A DNA stretch of 32,000 nucleotides from Corynebacterium glutamicum ATCC 13032 (GCF_000011325.1 NC_003450.3:2670001-2702000); one strand, 5' to 3'. Positions 1 through 10,803 are shown, counted from the stretch's first letter. Program-made: numbers and translations. The notes: generated from the sequence alone by a model not told the origin.

Positions 1-895
1 GCGTACGGATCGTGGTGCGCGCACCAGGGGTCAGCTCAATAGCGGCAGCGACCTCATCGATCACCGACGCATCCAAACCAGCCAACGCCTTCACACGCTC
101 ACGCAGAGACTCCTCGAAATCGAGCTCACCGCGCATCGCACGCTCAGTAACTGCCGCAACTTCAGCTTCCTTGCCCGCGTGAGCCGCCAGCATCTCAATG
201 ACCTCACCAGTGATCAACGTGGAATCACAATCGAAGCACACCAGACGCTTAGAACGACGCAGCAAACCAGAACGCTCAATCGCAATATCCACATTCAGCT
301 CAGAGGTAAGAGCAGCAAGCGCCTTACGCATCGCTTCACCACCACCAGGGCTGACATCCGGCACAGTCACCTTCAGCTCCAGGCCGGTCACAGGGTAATC
401 CGAAATACCACGAATGGTGTCAATGTTGGCATCGTAATCCGCCAGGGTCTGACCAATGCGGGAAATATCCAACGCATCAACCGGATCACCCAACACCACA
501 ACAACATGGGAAGAACGAGGACGGGACGACTGCACAGTTTCCTGCAGCTCCACCACCACGGACTGTCCATGCACCTTGAGGGTGTCAGTCAGGCCTGTGG
601 TGACGGTCTCGACACGCTCAGGTGCGATACCCACAAACGCCGCCAAGTTCAAAAAGCCACGGAACATTGACTGCTCAACGTCCAAGACCTGAACCTGATT
701 AGCGGACAAGACCCTAAAGAACGCGGCAGTCACACCTGGGCGGTCTTTACCGCTCACTGTGATCACCGCAGGAAGATAACCTTCACGCAATGCAACCTGC
801 TGGCCGGCTTCCAGCTCAGCGATTTCTTGGGATTCATTCTGGATGAGTTCAGTCACGGCAACAATTGTCTCATGTCTGAGCGCGGAACACGACAT
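1..895 (-). CDS. serB: Phosphoserine phosphatase SerB, N-terminal part (3' end runs off the left edge)
   Basis: Absent from the ORF track because no stop lies in the window. My reverse-strand translation from the ATG (complement of 893-895) reads MSCSALRHETIVAVTELIQNES..., continues through ACT-like regulatory repeats, and reaches the HAD motif VCFDCDSTLITGE (DxDxT). The + strand track ORFs 179-670 and 456-692 are antisense shadows of it. Confidence 0.85.
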   Translation of the reverse strand, partial: MSCSALRHETIVAVTELIQNESQEIAELEAGQQVALREGYLPAVITVSGKDRPGVTAAFFRVLSANQVQVLDVEQSMFRGFLNLAAFVGIAPERVETVTTGLTDTLKVHGQSVVVELQETVQSSRPRSSHVVVVLGDPVDALDISRIGQTLADYDANIDTIRGISDYPVTGLELKVTVPDVSPGGGEAMRKALAALTSELNVDIAIERSGLLRRSKRLVCFDCDSTLITGEVIEMLAAHAGKEAEVAAVTERAMRGELDFEESLRERVKALAGLDASVIDEVAAAIELTPGARTTIRT

Positions 896-1060
896 TGGAG
901 ACTTATCAGTCGTTGCTGGGCAATTGTCTAGTTATGGGGAATTGGGTGAGATGTATTCAGGGGTGCCCCAAGTCGGAATATGAAAAGCACCAGCCCCGGC
1001 AGATTATCTCTGCTGGGGCTGGTGCTTATTTAGTCAGGTACCGACTTAAATCAGACGCTT

Positions 1061-2815
1061 TTAGCGGCTGGAGTCAGATGCAAGGGCTGGGGCGGTACCC
1101 AATTCTGGAGCATTAATATCATCGTGATGTCCAGTGTGTGCCTCTGCGCGCATGCGTTCAATCATGTGCGGGTAGTGCAGCTCGAACGCAGGGCGCTCGG
1201 AGCGGATACGAGGCAAGGATGCGAAGTTGTGGCGAGGAGGAGGGCAGGAGGTTGCCCACTCCAGGGAGTTGCCGTAACCCCAAGGATCATCAACGGTAAC
1301 GAGCTCACCGTAGCGCCAGGACTTGAAGACGTTCCAGATGAATGGAATGACAGACAGGCCAAGCAGGAAGGAGAACACGGTGGAGATCTGGTTGTAGATG
1401 GTGAAACCATCAGAATCCAGGTAGTCAGCGTAACGACGTGGCATACCCATGTTGCCCACCCAGTGCTGGATGAGGAAGGTTCCGTGGAAACCGACGAAGG
1501 TCAACCAGAAGTGGATCTTGCCAAGACGCTCGTCCATCATGCGGCCAGTCATCTTCGGGAACCAGAAGTAAACGCCTGCACACGATGCGAACACCACGGT
1601 ACCGAAGAGGGTGTAGTGGAAGTGCGCGATCAGGAAGTAGGAGTCAGCCAAGTGGAAGTCCAGTGGTGGGGACGCCAGCATAATGCCGGTCAGACCACCG
1701 AAGAGGAAGGTAGCCATGAAGCCAACAGACCAGATCATTGGGGTTTCCCAAGTGATGTGACCCTTCCACATGGTTCCAACCCAGTTGAAGAACTTAACGC
1801 CGGTAGGAACCGAAATCAGGAACGTCATGAAGGAGAAGAACGGAAGCAAAACTGCGCCAGTAACGAACATGTGGTGAGCCCACACAGCCATGGACAGTGC
1901 ACCAATGGACAAGGTTGCGAAGATCAGGCCGACGTAACCGAACATTGGCTTACGGGAGAACACAGGAATGATCTCAGAAACAATGCCGAAGAACGGCAGC
2001 GCCAGAACGTAAACCTCAGGGTGTCCGAAGAACCAGAACAGGTGCTGCCACAGGAGGGAGCCGCCGTTAGCTGGATCGTACAGGTGTCCACCAAGCTTGC
2101 GGTCATACAGAACACCCAGTGCAGCAGCGAGCAGCAGTGGGAAGATCAGCAGAGCAAGAACGGAAACAACGAAGATATTCCAGGTGAAAATAGGCATACG
2201 GAACATGGTCATACCAGGTGCGCGGAGGCAGAGGATGGTGGTGAGCATGTTAATTGCGGAAGCAACGGAGCCAATACCAGTTGCACCGACACCGACAATC
2301 CACATGTCAGAGCCAAGGCCTGGGGAGTGAATTGCGTCAGACAGTGGGGAGTACATGGTCCAACCGAAGTCGGCAGCACCACCCGGGGTCAGGAAGCCGG
2401 TCAGCATCGCGACACCACCGACGGTGGTGATCCAGAAGCCGAAAGCATTCAAACGTGGGAAAGCTACGTCAGGCGCACCGATCTGAAGTGGCAGGACGTA
2501 GTTAGCAAAACCCCAAACAATTGGAGTTCCGTACAGCAGCAGCATGACAGTTCCGTGCATGGTGAACAGCTGGTTGAACTGCTCATTAGACAGGAACTGC
2601 AGACCAGGGGTGAAAAGCTCCGCTCGGATAAGCAGGGCCATCAAGCCACCGAGGAAGAAGAAGCTGAAGGACATAATGATGTACATAATGCCCAGCTGCT
2701 TGTGGTCGGTGGTGGTCATCATTAACCATGCTTTGCTGCCCTTGCGTGCATGGCCTGTCGGCTCGGGCCTCTGAGGGGCGACGTGCCCGTCGACCCTAGG
2801 CGCCACAGCGGTCAT
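1061..2815 (-). CDS. ctaD: Cytochrome aa3 oxidase subunit I
   Basis: 584-aa polytopic membrane protein with heme-copper oxidase signatures (GHPEVY, WAHHMF, HFHYT). Confidence 0.97.
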   Translation of the reverse strand: MTAVAPRVDGHVAPQRPEPTGHARKGSKAWLMMTTTDHKQLGIMYIIMSFSFFFLGGLMALLIRAELFTPGLQFLSNEQFNQLFTMHGTVMLLLYGTPIVWGFANYVLPLQIGAPDVAFPRLNAFGFWITTVGGVAMLTGFLTPGGAADFGWTMYSPLSDAIHSPGLGSDMWIVGVGATGIGSVASAINMLTTILCLRAPGMTMFRMPIFTWNIFVVSVLALLIFPLLLAAALGVLYDRKLGGHLYDPANGGSLLWQHLFWFFGHPEVYVLALPFFGIVSEIIPVFSRKPMFGYVGLIFATLSIGALSMAVWAHHMFVTGAVLLPFFSFMTFLISVPTGVKFFNWVGTMWKGHITWETPMIWSVGFMATFLFGGLTGIMLASPPLDFHLADSYFLIAHFHYTLFGTVVFASCAGVYFWFPKMTGRMMDERLGKIHFWLTFVGFHGTFLIQHWVGNMGMPRRYADYLDSDGFTIYNQISTVFSFLLGLSVIPFIWNVFKSWRYGELVTVDDPWGYGNSLEWATSCPPPRHNFASLPRIRSERPAFELHYPHMIERMRAEAHTGHHDDINAPELGTAPALASDSSR

Positions 2816-3276
2816 AGGTTCCTCCTGACTACGGGACGATCCATTCGGATTACCGATCGTCCTTTAACAACACTGCCTGATCTTAGGCCACAGGCAGGAT
2901 CCGATGCCAACCCAAAAAGGCCGGTATGCAGCTAACTGTATCCCCTTTTCATGCCCAAAAAAAATGTTTTTCAAACAATTCATGAGGTCGCTGCCAGGTT
3001 CAGTCACTTGTGGGCAGTGACTTTTAACCAAAGGTGTGAAGGGGTTCACAATTTGACGGACATTTCGCCAGGAAGCCCTACCCCCACGGTTAACCCCTGC
3101 CACAGATTTCACAATTCCCCCCGCCGGGGTTCAATCGAATGGTTGAGACGCCCATTCCAGGGGCGTTTTCTTCTAAAGCGTGATGTGCCGCCGAGGGGTC
3201 CACGGGGCGCCTGGCGCTCCCCTACCCCGATATGCGCTTCGGAAAAACCCGCACCTTAAGCCCCCACCAGAAAGCG

Positions 3277-3319
3277 AAAAACGCTCTAACGGTTGCAGTT
3301 AACTACAGCCGTAGAGCGC
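3277..3319 (-). terminator. Intrinsic terminator downstream of nrdF
   Basis: Arms CGCTCTAACGG (3282-3292) and CCGTAGAGCG (3309-3318) form a hairpin. On the minus strand it is followed by TTTTCGCTTT. It starts 17 nt after the nrdF stop. Confidence 0.8.
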
Positions 3320-3335
3320 TTCAGCTTTTTAAAAG

Positions 3336-4358
<1,023 letters not shown>

Positions 4359-4473
4359 CTACAAATTTTTTTGCTTTTCGACGCCACAATGCAGCGCGAT
4401 TTCAGATCGCCAGCTTACCCCAACCGAAGCCCTTCAGAAGACCCGCCCCAGCCTATCAATTTTGGTCAAGTCG

Positions 4474-4497
4474 CCTAGCTTTAGACCTAGCTTTAGA
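4474..4497. repeat. Perfect tandem duplication of a 12-mer (CCTAGCTTTAGA x2)
   Basis: Read directly: 4474-4485 is identical to 4486-4497. It lies in the divergent nrdF/ftn intergenic region. Confidence 0.9.
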
Positions 4498-4748
4498 GCG
4501 CAATCCCCCACCCCAAAACGTGATCTTAGTCACTTATTTTCCATTACGCCCCACAGGGTTCAGTGTCAGACTAACGCCACAAGACCATCTCCATCAGCCC
4601 TCAACTTCAACCACTTATTGCCCTAAATTATCGCCACTAGCACGTCATTTAGAGAAAACCTTTAATGTGAAACAGGTCTCAAACTGGGCCATTTTCAAGC
4701 CTTCAAAAAGGTGGGAAACTTAGCCAATCCAAAGCCCAAAAATGCGGG

Positions 4749-4767
4749 TTATGCTGCGCTAACCTAT
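4749..4767. promoter_or_regulatory. Candidate DtxR (iron repressor) box upstream of ftn
   Basis: TTATGCTGCGCTAACCTAT matches the corynebacterial DtxR consensus TWAGGTWAGSCTWACCTWA at 14 of 19 positions by my count, and the right half is near perfect. It ends 38 nt before the ftn ATG. Confidence 0.45.
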
Positions 4768-4804
4768 GCTGACAGCCTTGCGGAAGTTGTGTACGTTAGG
4801 GGCC

Positions 4805-5293
4805 ATGACAATCAACGAGAAGATCGCATCAGCTTTCAACAACCAAGTGACTGCAGAGCTTGAAGCTTCAATGGTGTACCTTCAGCTCTCCTACGTTCTA
4901 GACGATCTGGGCCTCACCGGCATGCGCGACTGGATGAAGGCACAGAGCAAAGAAGAGCTCGAACACGCACAGAAGTTCGCTCAGCACCTTCTTGACCGTG
5001 ACTACACCCCACAGATCGGTGACATTGCACCACCAAAGCTTGATGTCACCTCCGCTATCGAGGCTTTCGAGGCTTCCCTGGCACACGAGCAGAAGATCTC
5101 CGGCCTGATCCGCGAGCTCGCTGCCATCCAGGACGCTGAGAAGGACTACGATTCCCGCGCACTGATCGACTGGTTCCTCAACGAGCAGATCGAAGAAGAA
5201 GCAACCGTCGGCGAGATCATCGACCGCCTCCGTATCGCTGGTGATTCCGGTTCCGGAATCCTGCGCATCGACGGCGAACTCGGCTCCCGCTAA
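4805..5293 (+). CDS. ftn: Ferritin
   Basis: Ferritin-like four-helix bundle with ferroxidase ligands (E..MVYLQLSY, EELEHAQK). I prefer the ATG at 4805 (MTINEKIAS, 162 aa) over the track start at 4766. Confidence 0.92.
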   Translation: MTINEKIASAFNNQVTAELEASMVYLQLSYVLDDLGLTGMRDWMKAQSKEELEHAQKFAQHLLDRDYTPQIGDIAPPKLDVTSAIEAFEASLAHEQKISGLIRELAAIQDAEKDYDSRALIDWFLNEQIEEEATVGEIIDRLRIAGDSGSGILRIDGELGSR

Positions 5294-5312
5294 ATTCCCC
5301 GCAGTTTTTAAT

Positions 5313-5350
5313 GCTCCACTCCCCCACTAAAGGGGAGGGGAGCATTTTTT
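5313..5350 (+). terminator. Intrinsic terminator downstream of ftn
   Basis: GCTCCACTCCCC (5313-5324) pairs with GGGGAGGGGAGC (5332-5343) with one mismatch, followed by ATTTTTT. Confidence 0.85.
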
Positions 5351-5491
5351 ATTCTCTAGGTATTCCCTTAATTAGTGCTCTTTTCCAAAAACATTGGTAT
5401 TTGCTCGAAAGCACAACTTAAAACAGTAATAATGGTAATCACATTCTTTTCTATTAAGTAAGCAAGTACACCGGCCCATTAAAGAGGCACC

Positions 5492-6244
5492 ATGACCCCA
5501 GCAAACGAAAGTCCTATGACTAATCCATTAGGTTCTGCCCCCACCCCAGCCAAGCCACTTCTTGACAGTGTTCTTGATGAGCTCGGTCAAGATATCATCA
5601 GTGGCAAGGTTGCTGTCGGAGATACCTTCAAGCTGATGGACATCGGCGAGCGTTTTGGCATTTCCCGCACAGTGGCACGCGAAGCGATGCGCGCTTTGGA
5701 GCAGCTCGGTCTTGTCGCTTCTTCACGTCGCATTGGCATTACTGTTTTGCCACAGGAAGAGTGGGCTGTTTTTGATAAGTCCATCATTCGCTGGCGTCTC
5801 AATGACGAAGGTCAGCGTGAAGGCCAGCTTCAGTCTCTTACCGAGCTTCGTATTGCTATTGAACCGATTGCCGCGCGCAGCGTTGCTCTTCACGCGTCAA
5901 CCGCCGAGCTCGAGAAAATCCGCGCGCTCGCAACAGAGATGCGTCAGTTGGGTGAATCTGGTCAGGGTGCGTCCCAGCGCTTCCTCGAAGCGGACGTCAC
6001 TTTCCACGAGCTCATCTTGCGTTATTGCCACAATGAGATGTTCGCTGCACTGATTCCGTCGATTAGCGCGGTTCTTGTCGGCCGCACCGAGCTCGGCCTG
6101 CAGCCTGATCTGCCGGCGCACGAGGCGCTAGACAACCACGATAAGCTTGCCGACGCCCTCCTTAACCGCGACGCCGACGCCGCAGAAACTGCGTCCCGAA
6201 ACATCCTCAATGAGGTGCGCAGCGCGCTGGGCACGCTGAACTAA
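5492..6244 (+). CDS. gntR1: GntR-family (FadR/FCD subtype) transcriptional regulator
   Basis: 250 aa with an N-terminal winged HTH (ISRTVAREAMRALEQLGLV) and a C-terminal all-helical FCD-like domain. The position after ftn matches the C. glutamicum gntR1 locus as I remember it. Confidence 0.85.
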   Translation: MTPANESPMTNPLGSAPTPAKPLLDSVLDELGQDIISGKVAVGDTFKLMDIGERFGISRTVAREAMRALEQLGLVASSRRIGITVLPQEEWAVFDKSIIRWRLNDEGQREGQLQSLTELRIAIEPIAARSVALHASTAELEKIRALATEMRQLGESGQGASQRFLEADVTFHELILRYCHNEMFAALIPSISAVLVGRTELGLQPDLPAHEALDNHDKLADALLNRDADAAETASRNILNEVRSALGTLN

Positions 6245-6903
6245 CGTGATACGCGCACTGCGTTTGCCACTGCAAGGGGAATGTCTTGAAACATTTCCCC
6301 GATCTGCAGGCGCAGTGTGGCAATATCGCTAAGAGCTTCAACGACCGTGACCGTTGTGCCCACGGTAATTCCCACTCCAGTGAGGTACCGAACCACTGAT
6401 GGGTTTCCGTCCCTAACACGTGTAACCGTGGCAGATGCGCCAGCTTTTAGTCCCAAAAGCATGAGTCCATCATTGATGGTCATCTCCCCAGATTCGGTGG
6501 GGATGGGATCCCCGTGAGGATCCAACGTTGGATAGCCCACTGCCTGAAACATCTTCTCCAACACCAGTGGAGACACTGCGTGCTCTAATAAATCTGCCTC
6601 GCCGTGTAGTTCATGAGCGCCTAATCCAAGCTTCTCAGACAGATAGGTCTCAATGATCCGGCGCCGCCTGATCACGTTGATGGCGATGTCTCGACCTGCG
6701 GGCGTCAGCTCGATGTCCCCGTAGGGACGGTAATTGACGAAGCCCTCAGGGTTGAGTTTTTTGAGCGTCGCCGACACCGTTGATGCGGTAACTCCAATTA
6801 CTTCAGCGAGTTTTCCTGTTGTTGGTTCCTCATCCCATTCTTCTGCACGGAAAAGTGCTGTGAGATAGTCCTCCACAACATTCGAATTACCCCACTGCGT
6901 CAA
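6241..6903 (-). CDS. DtxR/MntR-family metal-dependent regulator with C-terminal FeoA/SH3-like domain
   Basis: 220 aa. It has an N-terminal wHTH (VEDYLTALF...GVTASTVSATLKKL), a dimerisation/metal region, and a FeoA-like tail (ATVTRVRDGNPSVVRYLTGVGITVG). The TTG start at 6903 has GAAGGTG 5 nt upstream. Confidence 0.85.
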   Translation of the reverse strand: MTQWGNSNVVEDYLTALFRAEEWDEEPTTGKLAEVIGVTASTVSATLKKLNPEGFVNYRPYGDIELTPAGRDIAINVIRRRRIIETYLSEKLGLGAHELHGEADLLEHAVSPLVLEKMFQAVGYPTLDPHGDPIPTESGEMTINDGLMLLGLKAGASATVTRVRDGNPSVVRYLTGVGITVGTTVTVVEALSDIATLRLQIGEMFQDIPLAVANAVRVSR

Positions 6904-6915
6904 CTGTTCACCTTC

Positions 6916-7194
6916 TTAATTCGCCGCCGATGTTTGATAAGTGTGCTCGACAACCGTTTCAGAAGCATATTCAGGAAGCACTGCAACTAACGCAAGCAAG
7001 GCCACTGCCAACGCACCAGAAATATCTTTGCGCACAGCTTCAGCTGCCCACGCCAACACAAAAGAGGCAGCAACCACTGCGGTACCAAAAATCAGCATGG
7101 TCGCCACAGGTGACGCCGACAGCTCAGAAAACCTGAGCACAACAGCAGGGATTGCTGCGACAGCACACATTGCCAGCGGAATTCGCGGAAACAT
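6916..7194 (-). CDS. Small membrane protein (92 aa), possibly a remnant of a cation antiporter
   Basis: Two to three predicted TM helices. The stop lies 12 nt before the regulator start, with the regulator RBS in between. GAAGGAG sits about 12 nt upstream of the ATG. Function not established. Confidence 0.55.
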   Translation of the reverse strand: MFPRIPLAMCAVAAIPAVVLRFSELSASPVATMLIFGTAVVAASFVLAWAAEAVRKDISGALAVALLALVAVLPEYASETVVEHTYQTSAAN

Positions 7195-7423
7195 AGGTGG
7201 ATCACTCTCCTTCGAGGAACTGCTCGAAGGTCTCGCTCACCTAGTTTTAGGCACGTGGGCCGGGTACACAGATCTTGCGTGCCAGTATGTCGACAACCGC
7301 GTTTGTCGAGCTACTCCCCTTCAGCAACAGACATCGTGTCAGCTGGCAATCGTGTGTGTCTACGGACAAGAAGATGTTTGAGTGATCAAACAACCACGTC
7401 ACACCATGTGGAGGAAGTTTCTG

Positions 7424-7467
7424 GGCATAAAAATATCCCCAACCTTGTGCAGGTCGGGGATATTTTT
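7424..7467 (-). terminator. Intrinsic terminator downstream of nrdE
   Basis: AAAAATATCCCC (7429-7440) pairs with GGGGATATTTTT (7456-7467). On the minus strand it is followed by a T-run. It starts 9 nt after the nrdE stop. Confidence 0.8.
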
Positions 7468-7475
7468 AAGTGCTT

Positions 7476-9623
7476 TTACAGCATGCAGCTGACGCAGCCG
7501 TCAACTTCAGTGCCTTCCAGAGCAACCTGGCGCAGGCGAATGTAGTACAAGGTCTTGATGCCCTTGCGCCATGCGTAGATCTGCGCACGGTTGATGTCAC
7601 GGGTGGTGGCAGTGTCCTTGAAGAACAAGGTCAGTGACAGGCCCTGGTCAACGTACTTGGTTGCCACAGCGTAGGTGTCAATGATCTTCTCGTAGCCGAT
7701 TTCGTAGGCGTCCTCGAAGTACTCAAGGTTGTCATTGTCCATGTGTGGAGCTGGGTAGTAAACGCGGCCGATCTTGCCTTCCTTGCGGATCTCAATCTTG
7801 GATGCGATTGGGTGGATCGACGAGGTGGAGTTGTTGATGTAGGAGATCGAACCGGTTGGTGGAACCGCTTGCAGGTTACGGTTGAACAGACCGTGCTCCA
7901 TCACGTCGGCCTTCAGCGCAGCCCAGTCCTCAACGGTTGGGGTGTGGATGTTCGACTTGGCAAAGAGTTCCTTGACCTTGTCGGACTTTGGTGCGAAGTC
8001 GTTTGCATCGAAATCATCGAAGTACTCACCGGTTGCATACTTGGAGTTTTCGAAGTTCTTGAAACGCTCTCCACGCTCAGTAGCGATCTTGTTGGATGCA
8101 CGCAGGCACTGGTACAGCACGGCAGCAAAGTATGCGTTGGTGAAGTCCAGGGCTTCCTCGGAGCCGTAGTGCATGTGCTCGCGACCGAAGTAGCCGTGAA
8201 GGTTCATCTGGCCAAGGCCGATGGCGTGAGCTGCTTCGTTGCCCTTACGGATGGAAGGCACGGAATCGATGCTGGTCTGCTCAGACACTGCAGTTAAGCC
8301 GCGGATTGCGGTTTCGATGGTCTTCTCAAAGTTTGGTGAATCCATAGCCATTGCAACGTTGAGGGAACCCAAGTTACAAGAAATGTCTTCGCCGACCTCT
8401 GCGTAAGTCAGGTCATCGTTGAATTCAGATGGGGTGGACACCTGAAGGATCTCAGAGCACAGGTTTGAGTGGGTGATGCGACCTTCGATTGGGTTGGATG
8501 CATTCACGGTGTCTTCATACATGATGTATGGGTAACCGGACTCGAACTGGATTTCTGCCAGGGTCTGGAAGAACTGACGCGCGTTGATCTTGGTCTTGCG
8601 GATGCGGTCATCATCCACCATCTCGTCGTAGTGCTCGGTGATTGAGACGTCTGCGAAAGGCTTGCCGTAAATGCGCTCCACATCGTATGGGGAGAACAGG
8701 TACATGTCATCGTTGCGCTTAGCCAGCTCGAAGGTGATGTCCGGAATCACAACACCCAGGGACAGGGTCTTGATGCGGATCTTCTCATCGGCGTTCTCAC
8801 GCTTGGTATCCAGGAAGGACAGGATATCTGGGTGGTGAGCGTTGAGGTACACAGCACCTGCACCCTGACGAGCACCCAGCTGGTTAGCGTAGGAGAAAGC
8901 ATCTTCCAGAAGTTTCATCACTGGGATAACACCGGAAGACTGGTTTTCAATCTTCTTAATCGGTGCACCGGCTTCACGAAGGTTGGACAGCAGCAACGCT
9001 ACGCCACCGCCACGCTTGGACAGCTGAAGAGCAGAGTTGATGGAACGTCCGATGGACTCCATGTTGTCTTCGATACGCAGGAGGAAGCAGGATACTGGCT
9101 CGCCGCGCTGTGCCTTGCCGGAGTTCAGGAAGGTTGGGGTTGCTGGTTGGAAACGGCCAGACATGATCTCATCGACCAGGTTCTCGGCCAATGCGCGGTC
9201 GCCGTCAGCGAGGGTGAGGGCGACCATGCAGACACGGTCTTCGAAACGCTCGAGGTAGCGGCGACCGTCGAAGGTCTTCAGGGTGTAGGAAGTGTAGTAC
9301 TTGTATGCACCGAGGAAGGACTGGAAGCGGAACTTGAATCCGTATGCGCGCTTGAAGAGGTCCTTGATGAACTGGAAGTCGTACTTGTCCAGAACGATTG
9401 GGTCATAGTACTTGTTTTCAACCAGGTAGTCGATCTTTTCCTGCAGGTTGTGGAAGAAGACGGTGTTCTGGTTGACGTGCTGCAGGAAGTACTGGTTTGC
9501 AGCTTCACGGTCTTTCTCAAACTGGATCTTGCCGTTGTCATCGTAAAGGTTGAGCAACGCGTTAAGAGCGTGGAAGTCCATCTGGTCTCCGCGTGGCACG
9601 ACGGTGGTTCCCGATGCAGTCAA
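7476..9623 (-). CDS. nrdE: Class Ib ribonucleotide reductase alpha subunit
   Basis: 715-aa ORF with the active-site NLCSEI motif and a C-terminal redox pair (CVSC). The start is a TTG at 9623 with GAAAGGGA 7 nt upstream. A slightly shorter product from a downstream GTG cannot be excluded. Confidence 0.95.
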   Translation of the reverse strand: MTASGTTVVPRGDQMDFHALNALLNLYDDNGKIQFEKDREAANQYFLQHVNQNTVFFHNLQEKIDYLVENKYYDPIVLDKYDFQFIKDLFKRAYGFKFRFQSFLGAYKYYTSYTLKTFDGRRYLERFEDRVCMVALTLADGDRALAENLVDEIMSGRFQPATPTFLNSGKAQRGEPVSCFLLRIEDNMESIGRSINSALQLSKRGGGVALLLSNLREAGAPIKKIENQSSGVIPVMKLLEDAFSYANQLGARQGAGAVYLNAHHPDILSFLDTKRENADEKIRIKTLSLGVVIPDITFELAKRNDDMYLFSPYDVERIYGKPFADVSITEHYDEMVDDDRIRKTKINARQFFQTLAEIQFESGYPYIMYEDTVNASNPIEGRITHSNLCSEILQVSTPSEFNDDLTYAEVGEDISCNLGSLNVAMAMDSPNFEKTIETAIRGLTAVSEQTSIDSVPSIRKGNEAAHAIGLGQMNLHGYFGREHMHYGSEEALDFTNAYFAAVLYQCLRASNKIATERGERFKNFENSKYATGEYFDDFDANDFAPKSDKVKELFAKSNIHTPTVEDWAALKADVMEHGLFNRNLQAVPPTGSISYINNSTSSIHPIASKIEIRKEGKIGRVYYPAPHMDNDNLEYFEDAYEIGYEKIIDTYAVATKYVDQGLSLTLFFKDTATTRDINRAQIYAWRKGIKTLYYIRLRQVALEGTEVDGCVSCML

Positions 9624-9681
9624 AGGAATGTCCCTTTCAAAAGAGGTGTGAACTTTGTATTGATTGATTAAGTTTTAAGGT

Positions 9682-10128
9682 TTATCGCGAGGTAACTGGT
9701 TCTTGTGGTTCCAGCCCCAAAGCTTGGGCGTTTTGAGTAAGACCTCCACGAAGGATACTTACATCTTCCTCATTGCCCATGAGCTCGAAACGGTAGACAT
9801 AGGGCACTTTACATTTCTTGGAAATGATCTCGCCTGCCAACCCAAAATCGGAGCCGAAGTTTGAGTTTCCACCTGCAACAACTGCCCTGATGAAGCTGCG
9901 GTTGTGTTCATCATTTAAAAACCTGATGACTTGTGGTGGGACCGGGCGGGAGTTTTCTCCAGTCATGGAGACTCCACCACCATAGGTCGGGGTGATTAGC
10001 ACGTAGGGCTCGTTGATTTTCAGCGGTTCTTCCACCCTAGTGAGGGGGATGCGCACGTTGGGTAAATCGAGCTTTTGTACAAAACGATGCGTGTTGTCGG
10101 TGGCCGAGGAAAAATACACGATTAGCAT
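9682..10128 (-). CDS. nrdI: NrdI flavodoxin-like protein
   Basis: Family N-terminus [16 protein letters not shown]. The track start (GTG at 10140) abuts the purine-rich RBS, so I prefer the ATG at 10128. It lies 58 nt upstream of nrdE. Confidence 0.88.
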   Translation of the reverse strand: MLIVYFSSATDNTHRFVQKLDLPNVRIPLTRVEEPLKINEPYVLITPTYGGGVSMTGENSRPVPPQVIRFLNDEHNRSFIRAVVAGGNSNFGSDFGLAGEIISKKCKVPYVYRFELMGNEEDVSILRGGLTQNAQALGLEPQEPVTSR

Positions 10129-10416
10129 CCTCGAACTCACTTCCCTTCTAAATACCGTTTGTGCGCAAGCCTAGTGTGCTTGCTGGTATCAGTTTCCCCC
10201 TTCAAGGGCGTTGAAGGGAAGAACTGAACTTCTATTGTTCCCGATTTCACGGCCGCGTGGTTTCAACCCGTAGGTGATTTGCTGAATTCACGGGAATTAG
10301 TGGTGAAATACGAAACGCCGCCAAATATTAGGCGACGAGCGTTGGGGAAGGTCACAAATGGTGTGACGTGCATGGCTCACCTGTTCGATTAAACAGGTCG
10401 TGCCACGAAGTGCAGT

Positions 10417-10650
10417 TTAGGCAGCTGCGGTTGCCATTTCACGGATGCGCTCTGGGCGGAAACCGGACCAGTGGGAGCCATCTGCAACGACAACTGGTGC
10501 CTGCAGGTAGCCAAGTGCGAGGACGTACTCACGTGCCTCTTCATCAAGGCTGATATCAACGAGGTCATACTCAAGACCAGCGCGGTCGAGGGCCTTCTTG
10601 GTGGCATTGCACTGGACGCAAGCTGGCTTGGTGTAAACGGTGATTGCCAT
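10417..10650 (-). CDS. nrdH: NrdH glutaredoxin-like redoxin
   Basis: 77 aa with a CVQC redox motif at residues 11-14 and the WSGFRP motif typical of NrdH. Confidence 0.95.
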   Translation of the reverse strand: MAITVYTKPACVQCNATKKALDRAGLEYDLVDISLDEEAREYVLALGYLQAPVVVADGSHWSGFRPERIREMATAAA

Positions 10651-10755
10651 TTTTTGGACCTTCCCTTATCGGCTTTAGCGGTTGACGCTAATGCCTCATC
10701 TCACTTTTTTAGATCTGTTTTTAAAGTCTTTGCATCGCTCAAGGCGACACAACAA

Positions 10756-10771
10756 ACACTATACTTTGTGG
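10756..10771. promoter_or_regulatory. Candidate NrdR box 1 upstream of nrdH
   Basis: ACACTATACTTTGTGG matches the NrdR consensus acaCwAtATaTwGtgt at 13 of 16 positions by my count. Confidence 0.5.
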
Positions 10772-10787
10772 TGAATAAGCGCAACTA

Positions 10788-10803
10788 GCACTACATATAG
10801 TAG
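10788..10803. promoter_or_regulatory. Candidate NrdR box 2 upstream of nrdH
   Basis: GCACTACATATAGTAG matches at 12 of 16 positions and contains the inverted repeat ACTAC-N5-GTAGT. Its centre is 32 bp from box 1, the usual tandem spacing of about three helical turns. Confidence 0.5.

Noticed and set aside
1124-2725. 533-aa ORF on the + strand, fully antisense to ctaD
   Set aside because: Its composition is low-complexity (E/G/H/R/Q rich) with no recognisable domain, and it lies exactly inside a well-supported gene on the other strand. This is a typical stop-free shadow frame caused by codon bias. The same applies to 179-670, 8832-9671, 19020-19667 and 30903-31616.
2951-3259. 102-aa + strand ORF (and 82-aa - strand ORF 2864-3112) in the ctaD-nrdF spacer
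   Set aside because: Neither has an RBS or a recognisable family. Both cross hairpin structures, and their composition looks non-coding.
5351-5491. Possible GntR-type operator (GGT-N-ACC-like, e.g. ATGGTAATCAC) upstream of gntR1
   Set aside because: Only partial half-site matches occur in an AT-rich region, which is not distinguishable from background without a matrix scan.
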